Source: Minisyncoccota bacterium (lineage in GTDB: Bacteria > Patescibacteriota > Minisyncoccia > JBAYJV01). From it: 64,000 nt of DNA. The stretch spans positions 26,998 through 90,997 of the forward strand of contig JBAYJV010000004.1 in assembly GCA_041664925.1 (NCBI GenBank). The letters are read 5' to 3'. This document shows positions 30,291 through 41,760 of this stretch, in pieces. Made by a program: the position numbers and the translations under genes. The notes under the pieces are model-generated. The model did not search any database. It worked only from the letters and a program-made list of their open reading frames with translations, and was not told the DNA's origin. Within the stretch, counting starts at the first letter, position 1. Each line of letters starts with the position of its first letter.

Positions 30291-30385
30291 TGTAGACTCG
30301 ACCGGATTCCCTCCTTCTCCCTGCAAGCCGGGATTCGGACGGGCAAAGCGAACTAGTGACCTCCCCGGCATGCCGGGGCGTTCTA
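30291..30385 (-). pseudogene. Degenerate tRNA relic (Ala GGC-like) with a 40-bp insert in the T-loop
   Basis: Without the insert the minus strand reads TAGAACGCCCCGGCATGCCGGGGAGGTCACTAGTTCGAATCCGGTCGAGTCTACA. Confidence 0.55.
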
Positions 30386-30396
30386 TTTTAAACACA

Positions 30397-30469
30397 TGGA
30401 CCGATGGGGACTCGAACCCCAGACCTCCGCATTGCAAATGCGATGCTCTACCAACTGAGCTATCGGCCC
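30397..30469 (-). tRNA. tRNA-Ala(TGC)
   Basis: GGGCCGA acceptor with G3:U70, loop TTTGCAA. Confidence 0.94.
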
Positions 30470-30589
30470 GTTAGATTTTGTTATTGAACGCAGTGAAATC
30501 TAAAAAATCTTACGCCCTACCGTAGCTTTTTAGCGAAGGCGGGCAACAACATTGACTGTTAACAAATATACTTCATTTGCACCAAAAAA

Positions 30590-31771
30590 TCAATCACCGC
30601 TTAGTGTTTTCATATAAATTTCATGGGTTTTTTTTGCCATTTCTTGCCAGTCATATTTTTCTAAAATATTCTGAGCTTCCATTAGAAGTTTAATTTGAAG
30701 CCTTTTGTCCTGCAAAAGAACATTTAATTTATTCGCCATATCTTCCGGATTGTGAGGATCAAAATAAATAGATGAGTTTTTTAACACTTCTTTTAGAGGG
30801 TCAATATTGGAGCAAGCAACGGCCGTACCTTGGTTGAGCGCTTCAATTGTCACAAGACCAAAACCCTCGTAAAGAGAAGGTAAAACAAAAACATCTGCTG
30901 CTTGATATAAAAGATTTAATTTTTCGCCATAAAGAAATCCTGGTCTTATGATCTTGTTTTCCAATCCTCTTTTTTTCCACTCTTCTCTTGTTTCCGGATA
31001 ATAAGAATCTTCTGTCCCTCCCAAGACTAAATTGCCTTGAAAATTATATTTTTTTACTAAAATATCAAAAGCGTGGATAAGGTTTGGTAGATTTTTGTGC
31101 TCTCGCCACACGCCAACATAGAAAATGTATGGTTTTCTTAGATTTTTTAAGTTAAATTTTGACTGGAGATTTTTAAGCGCTATTTCTTTATTCTGAGTAT
31201 AGTTTTCAAGAAATTCTTTTCTTTGATCTGCTGTATTTTTATACTTAATGCCCTCATAAATGATTCCTATCTTATCTTTTTCAACTTTATAAAAATTAAT
31301 TAAATCTTTTTTTGTTTTTTCTGATGGAGTAATAATGTGTTTTGCTTTTTTTGTGCCGACTTTCAAAATTAAATCATAAGCTTTTCTCTTGTACCAACTT
31401 TGTCCCATTTTGTGCCCTGGAAAAAATTTAGGCGTAATATCGTGAATCGTTGTTATATATTTGCCCCGATAAAAAATAGGTAAATTGAAATGAGGAAAAT
31501 GAACTAAATCAAGTTTATATTTCAATAAATCGTGCAAAAAGAATATTTGTTCTTTGGCACTATACCAATGAGAAGTGACTTTTATTTTTTTAAAGTTTTC
31601 TCCAGGTAAAATTATAGATTCCATTGCATCTGGCAATAAAAAAATAAAATAATAATTAATTTTATCTATTTTGGCTAGATAATCTATGAGATACTGAATG
31701 TAGGTACCAATGCCGGTTTGTTGCGGTCCATACATTCTTGCATCAATGCCAATTTTGAATTTTTTATCCAT
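30590..31771 (-). CDS. Glycosyltransferase family 4 (GT-B)
   Basis: KIGIDAR, TIHD, HKNL, PSLYEGFGL..IEA. Confidence 0.92.
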   Translation of the reverse strand: MDKKFKIGIDARMYGPQQTGIGTYIQYLIDYLAKIDKINYYFIFLLPDAMESIILPGENFKKIKVTSHWYSAKEQIFFLHDLLKYKLDLVHFPHFNLPIFYRGKYITTIHDITPKFFPGHKMGQSWYKRKAYDLILKVGTKKAKHIITPSEKTKKDLINFYKVEKDKIGIIYEGIKYKNTADQRKEFLENYTQNKEIALKNLQSKFNLKNLRKPYIFYVGVWREHKNLPNLIHAFDILVKKYNFQGNLVLGGTEDSYYPETREEWKKRGLENKIIRPGFLYGEKLNLLYQAADVFVLPSLYEGFGLVTIEALNQGTAVACSNIDPLKEVLKNSSIYFDPHNPEDMANKLNVLLQDKRLQIKLLMEAQNILEKYDWQEMAKKTHEIYMKTLSGD

Positions 31772-32921
31772 TATTTTTAAATAATTTTATTGTTTCCTGG
31801 GCACAGTTTTTCCAATTAAATTTCTGAGAAATTTTTATAGCTTTTTTTTCAAGCTTATTTCTTAAGGCTGGATCATTTAAAAGCAATTCCATTGCCCATG
31901 TAATTTCACTATATCGATATGGGTCGATCATAATCCCCCCTTCTCCAACGACAGAAGAAAGTGACGATCTATTGGATGCAATAATCGGCAAGCCACAACT
32001 CATCGCCTCAAGAATTGGCAATCCAAATCCTTCAAAGAAACTGGGATACACAAAAATCTTTGCTAGATTATACAGATAAATTCTCTCGTTTCGATCTATT
32101 GGTCCTAAGAAAAATATATCTTTTTTATAATTAGATTTTTGGATTTCGTGAAAAATTTTTCTAAAAAGCCATCCTTTTGGTCCCGCCAAAACTAACTTAT
32201 ATTTACCAAACTCAGAATTGCAATTTCTTAAAAGATTATAAGCCTTAACAATAGACACTATGTTTTTCCTAGGCTCCAGTGTTCCGAGATATAGAATGAA
32301 ATCATTGGGTAAGTTGTGTTTTTGTATAATCTTCTTTAAAGTTTTACTAGATTTTTCAATTGGTTTTAGGTCTTCCCCTTTCCCCAAGGAAATAACTGTG
32401 ATTTTGCCTTTTTTGATATTGTAGAAATATTCTATGTCTTGTTTTGTTGATTCAGAAACAGAAAAAATTTTCTTCGATCTCTCAGCTAAAAATTTTGGCC
32501 TAATAAACCAGTGCCAAAGCCTGCTTTTATAAGAAAAAAATTCAGGAAATCTTTTAAAAGAAAGGTCGTGAAATGTAATGATTGTTTTTTTTAGAATATG
32601 CTCTGGAATAATATTAATATTTGGAGCAAAAAATACATCGGGTCTTTCAAGAAATTTATCTAAATTTGGCCAATTAAGAAAACGCCAACAAACAGCAAGT
32701 AGTTTATTTGGATAATTTAAATGTTTGTTTCCTACATTAGAATATTTTTTGCATAATTCCTTTATATCGTCGTGAATTAGTTTATTTTTCCCGCTAGAAA
32801 ATAATAAATATTTATTTTCTTGATCAATTTTAAAAATTTCTTCAAGCAAACACAAAAGATATTCCTGAACTCCAGAATGTATTCTGTCCTGCAATGCCCT
32901 GATATCAATTGCGATTTTCAT
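31764..32921 (-). CDS. Glycosyltransferase family 4 (GT-B)
   Basis: LGTLEPRKN, YPSFFEGFGLPILEAM. Confidence 0.92.
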   Translation of the reverse strand: MKIAIDIRALQDRIHSGVQEYLLCLLEEIFKIDQENKYLLFSSGKNKLIHDDIKELCKKYSNVGNKHLNYPNKLLAVCWRFLNWPNLDKFLERPDVFFAPNINIIPEHILKKTIITFHDLSFKRFPEFFSYKSRLWHWFIRPKFLAERSKKIFSVSESTKQDIEYFYNIKKGKITVISLGKGEDLKPIEKSSKTLKKIIQKHNLPNDFILYLGTLEPRKNIVSIVKAYNLLRNCNSEFGKYKLVLAGPKGWLFRKIFHEIQKSNYKKDIFFLGPIDRNERIYLYNLAKIFVYPSFFEGFGLPILEAMSCGLPIIASNRSSLSSVVGEGGIMIDPYRYSEITWAMELLLNDPALRNKLEKKAIKISQKFNWKNCAQETIKLFKNNG

Positions 32922-32995
32922 AAATTACAAACTAATAATATTTGCGTTTTTTGTTCTATTCATTTAGCATACCACCCAAAAACTTTTTTGAAAAG

Positions 32996-33028
32996 AAAAG
33001 CGAGACAAAAATCTTGTCTCGCTTGCTT
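32996..33028. terminator. Hairpin terminator after the 33031-33384 gene
   Basis: aagcgagaca-aaaatct-tgtctcgctt with A/T tracts. Confidence 0.65.
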
Positions 33029-33030
33029 TC

Positions 33031-33384
33031 TTAAAAACTACTACGAGTGGTAAATCGAATACCGTCTTCCATGTCTCTTTTTGTTCTTTCAAATTCTTCT
33101 TTTTCTTTTTTCAGAACGTCACTTACTAAATCTTCGGGTATTACAAGAAGAAGATCGGGCCAGAATGGAAGCTTTAGCAGATAACTTTTGGTTTTTTCAT
33201 CCCAATAGTAATAAATCCGAAAATCTAGTCTTTCGCCTTCAGAATGCAAAACACATAACATTCCTACTTCTGCTTTATCCTTTATCTCAAGTATTGCGTC
33301 ATTTCCTATATCTCTAAGACTATATCTGGGACCCATAATACTTTCTACTAGTTTTCTTATGTGTTTTGCTGTGATTTGACTCAT
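33031..33384 (-). CDS. Hypothetical protein
   Basis: 117-aa ORF with GAGGAG SD; downstream of the putative attenuator. Confidence 0.7.
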   Translation of the reverse strand: MSQITAKHIRKLVESIMGPRYSLRDIGNDAILEIKDKAEVGMLCVLHSEGERLDFRIYYYWDEKTKSYLLKLPFWPDLLLVIPEDLVSDVLKKEKEEFERTKRDMEDGIRFTTRSSF

Positions 33385-33471
33385 CTGTTTTTCTCCTCTT
33401 CCTTTGAAAACTTCTAAATACCAACTCTTGTTTTGGGCTTACTTGTTTACACTTATCACCTCCTCATTTTT

Positions 33472-33611
33472 TAAAGAACAAAAAATAGCCCTTTGATAGG
33501 CTATTTTATTATCAAGAACTTTATTAGATTTTTAGAAAAAGAAAAAACAACCTATCTAGGACTAGTTATTAAAAACCACCAAAACAAATTGTTATAAAAC
33601 TTTTTATTCAT
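33472..33611 (-). promoter_or_regulatory. Putative attenuator: leader peptide MNKKFYNNLFWWFLITSPR (33552-33611), antiterminator and terminator
   Basis: Tandem TGG TGG; GATAGGTTGTTTT pairs with AAAATAGCCTATC; terminator AAAATAGCCT-atcaaa-GGGCTATTTT plus U tract. Confidence 0.65.
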
Positions 33612-33622
33612 ATTTTTCTATG

Positions 33623-33696
33623 TGGGCGTACTTGGACTTGAACCAAGGACCTCGTCATTATCAGTGACGCGCTCTAGCCAACTGAGCTATACGCCC
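33623..33696 (-). tRNA. tRNA-Ile(GAT)
   Basis: Loop CTGATAA, canonical cloverleaf. Confidence 0.94.
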
Positions 33697-33797
33697 GTAA
33701 TTTAGAATATAAGCTATTTTACAAAAATATCAGATAAAATCAAGTCTGTACGCAAAATATCTGACAAAACATCATTACTTCTTAATCCTGACCATTG

Positions 33798-34541
33798 CTA
33801 ACATTTATCCCAAATAAATTGAAACCATTGCCTATAACTTTCTGCTAATAATTTGTTTTTGGTAATAATAACCGTTATTCTTTCGTCAAATCTTCCAACG
33901 CTTTTAATTACGACTGTGGCTATTCGATCTCCGTATATATCTATAGTTGCCTGACTATCATATTGTTTGGGTAAAATTTTGTATTGCCAAAATTTCTCAC
34001 GACCTTTAATTAGCTTTTTAAATTCTTCTTTTGCCTTGTCATCCACAAGAGTGTTTAATTTTATTTTTTTCTTTTTTGCTTCAATCCAAAATTCATCCAT
34101 AAAAGAAGATATTTGTTCATCCGCCCAAGCACTTTTTATTCCGACAGCATAAATGTTTTCTCCGACTTCGAGAATGTCTCTAAATAAATTTTTATATCCC
34201 TCAATCCCCTTATATATAGACACATCTTCTTCTAGATATTTATCTTTATAAAGTTTTTTTAGCTTAGGCAAAACTTTTTCTACTGCTATTTTTTTCTCTC
34301 CAACAATTTCTAATAGTTTTACAGGATTTACGGCGGCATACTTATGTTCTTGGCTGGTTACAATACACGAAAGAAGTCCTTTTTCAACAAGACGATTAAC
34401 AGTATCATAGACATTTCTTCGATGGATATTAGCGCGAAGTGCTATGTCTGAAACTGAAGATCGTCCCAGCTCAAGGAGAGTTTCATAGACTTTTGCCTCA
34501 TTTAAAGACAGCCCAATAGATTGAAATAATTCTGTGTACAT
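33798..34541 (-). CDS. TrmB family transcriptional regulator
   Basis: IGLSLNEAKVYETLLELG, IHRRNVYDTVNRLVEKGL, IYGDRIA. Confidence 0.88.
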   Translation of the reverse strand: MYTELFQSIGLSLNEAKVYETLLELGRSSVSDIALRANIHRRNVYDTVNRLVEKGLLSCIVTSQEHKYAAVNPVKLLEIVGEKKIAVEKVLPKLKKLYKDKYLEEDVSIYKGIEGYKNLFRDILEVGENIYAVGIKSAWADEQISSFMDEFWIEAKKKKIKLNTLVDDKAKEEFKKLIKGREKFWQYKILPKQYDSQATIDIYGDRIATVVIKSVGRFDERITVIITKNKLLAESYRQWFQFIWDKC

Positions 34542-34700
34542 GGTTATTTTATTAGTTTATTGAATTAAATTTGGAATTGAATTAATCAAAAATGGTCAAA
34601 AATACTGTGGTGGTGTTGGCCACTCATATATGATATGATAAAATGGTATTAGGGTCAAGAATCGTTCTTGATTGTTCCTAAAAAAACAAAGGAGGAAATC

Positions 34701-35078
34701 GTGAGGAAATTCAAAGTAGAAAAAACTAGAATCCACAATGTTTTTTCTCCAGGAAATCGGTATCCATTCAATCTATTTCTAGAAACCACCTCTGGCGGTT
34801 CTGTAGTTGCGTTTATTGATAATGATAGTTCCTATACTTGTTCGTCGGATGACATTCGTTCATCAATTGAAGAAGCTTGGAAAAAATTGACTATAGTACT
34901 TTGTCAAAACAAAAATATTCTAGGCATCGCGATAGTTGCCCATCCATTCGAAATTCGTTGTAGCTTCAAGAGAGAAAACTATGAAGGAGATAAGTGTGAA
35001 AGCTTTATTGCTATCTTTCTGGCCGACCTTCGGAAGAATGGTTGGATAATACCCGACTACTATATCATCCAGAATTGA
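34701..35078 (+). CDS. Hypothetical protein (paralog 1; GTG start)
   Basis: AAAGGAGG SD before GTG 34701. Confidence 0.7.
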   Translation: MRKFKVEKTRIHNVFSPGNRYPFNLFLETTSGGSVVAFIDNDSSYTCSSDDIRSSIEEAWKKLTIVLCQNKNILGIAIVAHPFEIRCSFKRENYEGDKCESFIAIFLADLRKNGWIIPDYYIIQN

Positions 35079-35102
35079 TCACTGCAAACAAAGGAGGAAA
35101 TC

Positions 35103-35549
35103 GTGAAAGTCGTAGCAGAAAAAGTAACGATATCGGGTATGTATGCGCCGAATCATCGACTTCCATCATTCACATTGGTTCTAAAGAAAAAGGTTCGCAG
35201 TCGCAAAATCAATGTGAATGTTGACGATATTCACGATTCGACACTTCTTGAAAGTTTTTCTTTTGACGAAACCTGGAAAGAGCTTGTGATTGCGTTTATG
35301 CAAATTGAACTCACAGAAAGTGTTACTGCTAATAAGTACTATCATAGAGGCCTTCAATGTTCTGTTAGAAAACCGGTCACTTCGGTCACTCTATCCGACT
35401 TCACTATTGCCCTATTAGATAGTTTTCGAGAGAAGAAGTGGAACTTCGAAGACTGTTATGTAAATCACGAATACATTGCCAGAGATGAAAAAGGATTATC
35501 ACCAACAGATAAAATTCAAATGGCAATTAAAAAGACCACCAGTTCTTAA
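35103..35549 (+). CDS. Hypothetical protein (paralog 2; GTG start)
   Basis: Same 21-bp SD/start block as the upstream gene. Confidence 0.72.
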   Translation: MKVVAEKVTISGMYAPNHRLPSFTLVLKKKVRSRKINVNVDDIHDSTLLESFSFDETWKELVIAFMQIELTESVTANKYYHRGLQCSVRKPVTSVTLSDFTIALLDSFREKKWNFEDCYVNHEYIARDEKGLSPTDKIQMAIKKTTSS

Positions 35550-35556
35550 GAAAAAA

Positions 35557-35588
35557 AAGAGCTCCAGAAATGGGGCTCTTCTTTTTTT
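35557..35588. terminator. Bidirectional intrinsic terminator
   Basis: aagagctcc-agaaat-ggggctctt flanked by A and T runs. Confidence 0.7.
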
Positions 35589-35757
35589 ACATAAAAAAAC
35601 ACCCAAAAAATATTAAGTGTTCTTTTTTAAACCAATTCTTTAGGGTTACCCCGAGACTGATTTTTTGAGATGTTCAGTCGCATCTCTGTCTTGTCCAATG
35701 GACAAGAGGTCGACTCCCACCCCGAACAATAAAGTTCAGAGTGAAGATTCTCCTTTG

Positions 35758-37340
<1,583 letters not shown>

Positions 37341-37462
37341 AAATGTCTCTAAAAGACAAAAAGAAAAGATCGGGATAACTCTGAAAAATTGGTTCACTGT
37401 CTACTTCTTCTTTTTAAGGAGCAAAAACCATTAGGCAAGTATCGCCTATAGTTGTTATATCT

Positions 37463-37490
37463 ATTTTATGCAAGAAAAACTAATTGTCAA
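37463..37490 (-). promoter_or_regulatory. Sigma70 promoter of the 16S gene
   Basis: TTGACA-N16-TAAAAT; boxA-like TGCTCCTTAAAAA at ~37411-37423. Confidence 0.8.
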
Positions 37491-37499
37491 TACCCTAAT

Positions 37500-38963
37500 T
37501 TAATAATTAGTAGATTTATTTTCTTTTATTATTTCTTGTTCTAAATAATCAGCAAGTAAGAATAAATCTTCTTCTCTGAATGGTTTTCCTATTAATTGCA
37601 CACCTATCGGCATTTTTCCAACTTTTCCGCAGGGTAAACTAATTGCCGGTAACCCTGCTAAATTAGCCGGAACCGTAAATATATCTGAAAGATACATCTC
37701 TAACGGGCTAATTTTTTCGCCAACTTTAAATGCAGGAGTCGGAGTTGTCGGAGTAAGTAAGATATCGTATTTTTTAAATATCTCTGAAAACTCGTCTCGA
37801 ATAATCTGTCTCATTGCCTGAGCTCTAATATAATAATCATCATAATAACCTGAGCTTAGAGCATAAGTACCTAGTATAATACGCCTTCTTGTCTCGTTAC
37901 CAAAACCACTAGTACGATTTTGAATATAAATATCGATAAGATTTTTTTCTTGTTTCTTAGAGGATTTTTGCCCGTAGCGGAGATTATCATAACGAGCTAA
38001 GTTAGCTGAAGCTTCTGACGGCATAATTATATAGTATGTCGCCAAAGCATAGTCCGTATGAGAAAGACTGGTTTTTTCTACACTAAATCCTTTTTTCGTA
38101 AGTTGTTCAATTAGGTAATCTATATTTCCTTTAATGTTCTTGTCTAGGCTTTGAGGAAAATATTCCACAGGAATACCGATTTTTAATTTCTTAGGATCTT
38201 TAATAAAAATCTCATTCACGCTAGATACATCATGGTCTTCTCTAGAAGTTGCGTCAAAAGGATCTTTTCCACGTATCAAGTCAAATACATAAGCTGATTC
38301 TTTGACTGTCTTAGTTAGTGGTCCTATAACATCAAGAGATGAAGCTAAAGATATGAGTCCATAGCGACTCACGCTACCGTATGTCGGCTTTAAACCAACA
38401 ACCCCACAGAATGCTGCCGGTTGCCTAACAGAACCACCTGTTTCCGATCCTAGAGCAAATAGACATTCTCCCCCTGCTACTGCCGCAGCTGATCCACCAG
38501 ACGATCCGCCAGGAACTTTTTCTGTGTCATGAGGATTTTTTGTTACAAAAAATGCTGAATTTTCTGTTGAAGAACCCATGGCAAATTCATCAAGATTTGT
38601 TTTTCCCAAAAAAATCGTTTTTTCCTTTCTAAGTTTTTTTATTACAGTTGCGTCGTAACTTGCCACATAATTTTCTAATACTCTTGATCCAGCAGTAGCT
38701 CTTTGTTCTTTAATTAGAATGTTGTCTTTGATAGCTGCCGGTATGCCACAAAACAACCCCATTTTCTCTTTTTGGCCTATGGTCTTGTCTATTTCTCGAG
38801 CATCTTCTATTGCCCTATTATTTACGCGCAAAAAAGCGCTAAATTTTTTATCTTTTTCTTCTATTCTTTTTAGGAAATATTCTGTCAATTCTTCAACAGA
38901 TATTTTTCTCTCATTTAGAAGATTATTAATTTCAAAAATTGTTTTTTTCTCAAAATTAATCAT
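37500..38963 (-). CDS. gatA: Asp/Glu-tRNA amidotransferase subunit A
   Basis: GKTNLDEFAMGSSTE, PGGSSGGSAA, GGSVRQPA, RRRIILGTYALSSGYY. Confidence 0.96.
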   Translation of the reverse strand: MINFEKKTIFEINNLLNERKISVEELTEYFLKRIEEKDKKFSAFLRVNNRAIEDAREIDKTIGQKEKMGLFCGIPAAIKDNILIKEQRATAGSRVLENYVASYDATVIKKLRKEKTIFLGKTNLDEFAMGSSTENSAFFVTKNPHDTEKVPGGSSGGSAAAVAGGECLFALGSETGGSVRQPAAFCGVVGLKPTYGSVSRYGLISLASSLDVIGPLTKTVKESAYVFDLIRGKDPFDATSREDHDVSSVNEIFIKDPKKLKIGIPVEYFPQSLDKNIKGNIDYLIEQLTKKGFSVEKTSLSHTDYALATYYIIMPSEASANLARYDNLRYGQKSSKKQEKNLIDIYIQNRTSGFGNETRRRIILGTYALSSGYYDDYYIRAQAMRQIIRDEFSEIFKKYDILLTPTTPTPAFKVGEKISPLEMYLSDIFTVPANLAGLPAISLPCGKVGKMPIGVQLIGKPFREEDLFLLADYLEQEIIKENKSTNY

Positions 38964-39240
38964 TCTCGTTAAATATTAATGAAGTCTTGAGATAACCTTT
39001 TGACAAATGTTTTTCTTCGAATAATTTTTCGTTATTATCTACAAATTGATCATTTCGAAAAACATTTTTATTATCTATTTTGCTAATATCTTTTGTTTCA
39101 TTTATTTTCGCACCCTTGATCCTGTCGATATAATCTAAAATATCTGACAAATCTTTTTGAAAACGAATTACTTCGTCCTTAGTTAATCTAAGACGCGCTA
39201 AGTGAGCAATATTTACAACTTCTTTTGAAGTAATTTTCAT
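38956..39240 (-). CDS. gatC: Asp/Glu-tRNA amidotransferase subunit C
   Basis: ITSKEVVNIAHLARL...ILDY; upstream of gatA. Confidence 0.9.
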   Translation of the reverse strand: MKITSKEVVNIAHLARLRLTKDEVIRFQKDLSDILDYIDRIKGAKINETKDISKIDNKNVFRNDQFVDNNEKLFEEKHLSKGYLKTSLIFNEND

Positions 39241-39241
39241 A

Positions 39242-41299
39242 TTAAGAAATTAGTTTTAAGAAATCTTCTTCGTTAATAATTTTAACCCCTAGTTGCTGTG
39301 CTTTTTTTAATTTCAAACCAGCATCACGACCCGCAATCAAGAAATTGATTTTTCGGTTAATTGTCTCAGAAACGATTCCGCCAAGTAGCATGACCTTTTT
39401 CTTCGCCTCTTCACGACTCATGGATTCAAGTATTCCTGTAAAGACAAAAGACTGACCCAATAATTTATCACTTATTTGACGATCTTCTTCAGGAATAATA
39501 TTAACACCCAAAATGATAAGTTCTTTTATTAAAGATTGATTTTGTTTGTCTTCGAAAAACGACACTAAGCTTTCCGCAATTTTTGGTCCCATTCCTTTTA
39601 CATTTTCTATATTTTCTTTTTTGAGACTAAAAAATACTCTAGCAAATTTTTCCAAAGAATCAATGGCGTCGCCAGCTTCGTTAATCTTTTTAATAACTAG
39701 AGCCGCTATCTCTTTCCCAATATGATTAATGCCCAAACTAGTTAAAAGTCGTACCGAGGTTATTTTTTTTGCATTATCAATTGCGTGGACTAAATTTGAA
39801 GCGGATTTTTCGGCAAACCTCTCAAGAGAAACAAGATCGTTCTCTTTTATCTTAAAAATATCGGCCATTCCAGAAACCAAGCCACTGTCAATCAGTTGAT
39901 CAATGATTTTTGGTCCCAATCCATCTATATTGAAACCACTTTTAGAAACAAAATGATATATTTTTCTCCTTTGAAGCACTCCGCAACGAGAATTCGGACA
40001 ATAAGAATTAACTTCCCCCTCTGGTTTCACAAGCACAGAATCACAAACCGGACAAGTAGATGGCAGGGCGAATTTCCTACTATTACTCGGTCTTAAATTG
40101 GCAAGTACTTGTTTTACTTGAGGAATAATGTCTCCTGCTTTATAAATAATAACCGTGTCACCAACGCGCACATCTAATCTTTCAATTTCATCCATATTAT
40201 GAAGACTTGCCCGAGACACGATGCTTCCTGCAATTTTAGTCGGATTAACAACGGCGACTGGGGTTATTCTTCCCGTTCTTCCAATGCTAATTTTTATATC
40301 TTGGACTATGGTCGTTGCTTCTTCTCCTGGATATTTCAAGGCTAATGCCCAACGAGGCGCTTTTCCTGTAAAGCCTAGTGTTTTTTGGTAATATCTTTTA
40401 TCAATTTTTGCAACTAACCCATCTAGCCAGTAATCTTTTGTGTCCTTTTTTGCGCGCCAAGACTTCCATAATTTCACAACTTCATGAATATTTTTCGCTA
40501 AAAAAATATTATTATTTACTTTCAATCCCAATGTTTTAAGATATTCGAGCTCTTCGAATTGAGTTTTGGGAATTATTGCTTCAGGCCAAGATAAGTCATA
40601 AGCAAAAAAATCGAGATGCCTTTTTTTTGTTATATTTGGATCCAGTTGGCGAACTGCGCCAGCAGCGGCATTTCTTGGATTAGCTAATAAATCTTCTCCT
40701 ATTTTTTCGCGACCCTGATTAAGTTTTTCAAAAACGCTTCTTCTCATAAAAACTTCACCTTCTATGACTACATCTATTTCTCGTGTTAATTTTAGCGGTA
40801 CTGCTTCAATCGTTTTAATGTTATTGGTCACATCCTCGCCTATTTGACCATCACCCCTGGTCGCTGCTGTTTTCAATAGACCTTTTTCATAAGTTAAAAC
40901 AAGATGCAAGCCATCTATTTTTAGCTCGCAAACATAAGAAAGTTCGGTTAAATTTTCACCGGTTTTATCAAGAAAGTACCTTTTCGCCCGTTTGTCCCAC
41001 TCTAGAATCTCTTCTTCGCTAAAAGCATCCACTAACGACCATTGTCTAATTTTGTGTCTTATTTTTTTAAATTCATCAAGCGGTTTTCCTCCAATTCTCT
41101 GTGTAGGCGAATCTTCGGATACAAATTCAGGAAACTCTCTTTCTAGGTCTAAAAGTTCGTGTTTTAAAGAATCAAGCGCTTCATCAGAAATCTCTTGACG
41201 ATCTAGAACATGATAAAGATAGCGATGATGCTCAATTTCTTTTTTAAGTTTTTCTATTCTTTGTTTTGCTTCTTCTTTTTGCATACTAATTATCATCAT
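39242..41299 (-). CDS. ligA: NAD-dependent DNA ligase
   Basis: ELKIDG, TRGDG.IGEDVT, NPRNAAAG, Zn finger, BRCT. Confidence 0.97.
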   Translation of the reverse strand: MMIISMQKEEAKQRIEKLKKEIEHHRYLYHVLDRQEISDEALDSLKHELLDLEREFPEFVSEDSPTQRIGGKPLDEFKKIRHKIRQWSLVDAFSEEEILEWDKRAKRYFLDKTGENLTELSYVCELKIDGLHLVLTYEKGLLKTAATRGDGQIGEDVTNNIKTIEAVPLKLTREIDVVIEGEVFMRRSVFEKLNQGREKIGEDLLANPRNAAAGAVRQLDPNITKKRHLDFFAYDLSWPEAIIPKTQFEELEYLKTLGLKVNNNIFLAKNIHEVVKLWKSWRAKKDTKDYWLDGLVAKIDKRYYQKTLGFTGKAPRWALALKYPGEEATTIVQDIKISIGRTGRITPVAVVNPTKIAGSIVSRASLHNMDEIERLDVRVGDTVIIYKAGDIIPQVKQVLANLRPSNSRKFALPSTCPVCDSVLVKPEGEVNSYCPNSRCGVLQRRKIYHFVSKSGFNIDGLGPKIIDQLIDSGLVSGMADIFKIKENDLVSLERFAEKSASNLVHAIDNAKKITSVRLLTSLGINHIGKEIAALVIKKINEAGDAIDSLEKFARVFFSLKKENIENVKGMGPKIAESLVSFFEDKQNQSLIKELIILGVNIIPEEDRQISDKLLGQSFVFTGILESMSREEAKKKVMLLGGIVSETINRKINFLIAGRDAGLKLKKAQQLGVKIINEEDFLKLIS

Positions 41300-41760
41300 G
41301 GACCAGGCCTCATTATGAATAGATTCAATTCCAAACTTCTTTCAGTGTTATGAAACCTTCCTATGGACCGTAAAACTATGTATTTTATTGTTGTTGTCGG
41401 ACCAACGATGGTAATTGGCGAACTGCTTCCATTTGGTACAATAACATGAAATGAAGCGCCGTTATTAAGCTGTAAATAAGGCGGCGTTATGCCTGGACCC
41501 GGAATAAAACACCCTGTTGTTGTACAGGTATCAGGAATAATGCCCGTTTCCTGGTAAATATTATAAAGAGCTCTTTCAAGACCAGCATCCGCCGCAAAAA
41601 TAGCCATATTGGATGATTCTTCTAGTGAGCCAAATTGAATTTCTTTGAGCTGAACCTTAACTATTAAAACAGTAATGGTAAAAAGAAAACCCAAAAAAAT
41701 AATTGTTAAGAAAAGCGCAGCACCTTTGTTGTTTTTTCTTTGATTAATCTTTAATCTCAT
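41296..41760 (-). CDS. PilX-like minor pilin
   Basis: KGAALFLTIIF, AIFAADAGLERAL. Confidence 0.8.
   Translation of the reverse strand: MRLKINQRKNNKGAALFLTIIFLGFLFTITVLIVKVQLKEIQFGSLEESSNMAIFAADAGLERALYNIYQETGIIPDTCTTTGCFIPGPGITPPYLQLNNGASFHVIVPNGSSSPITIVGPTTTIKYIVLRSIGRFHNTERSLELNLFIMRPGP

Noticed and set aside
33435-33467. Micro-ORFs (ATG AGG AGG TGA; GTG TAA) at a strong AGGAGGT after the attenuator
   Set aside because: Too short to support; may be the decayed start of a lost gene
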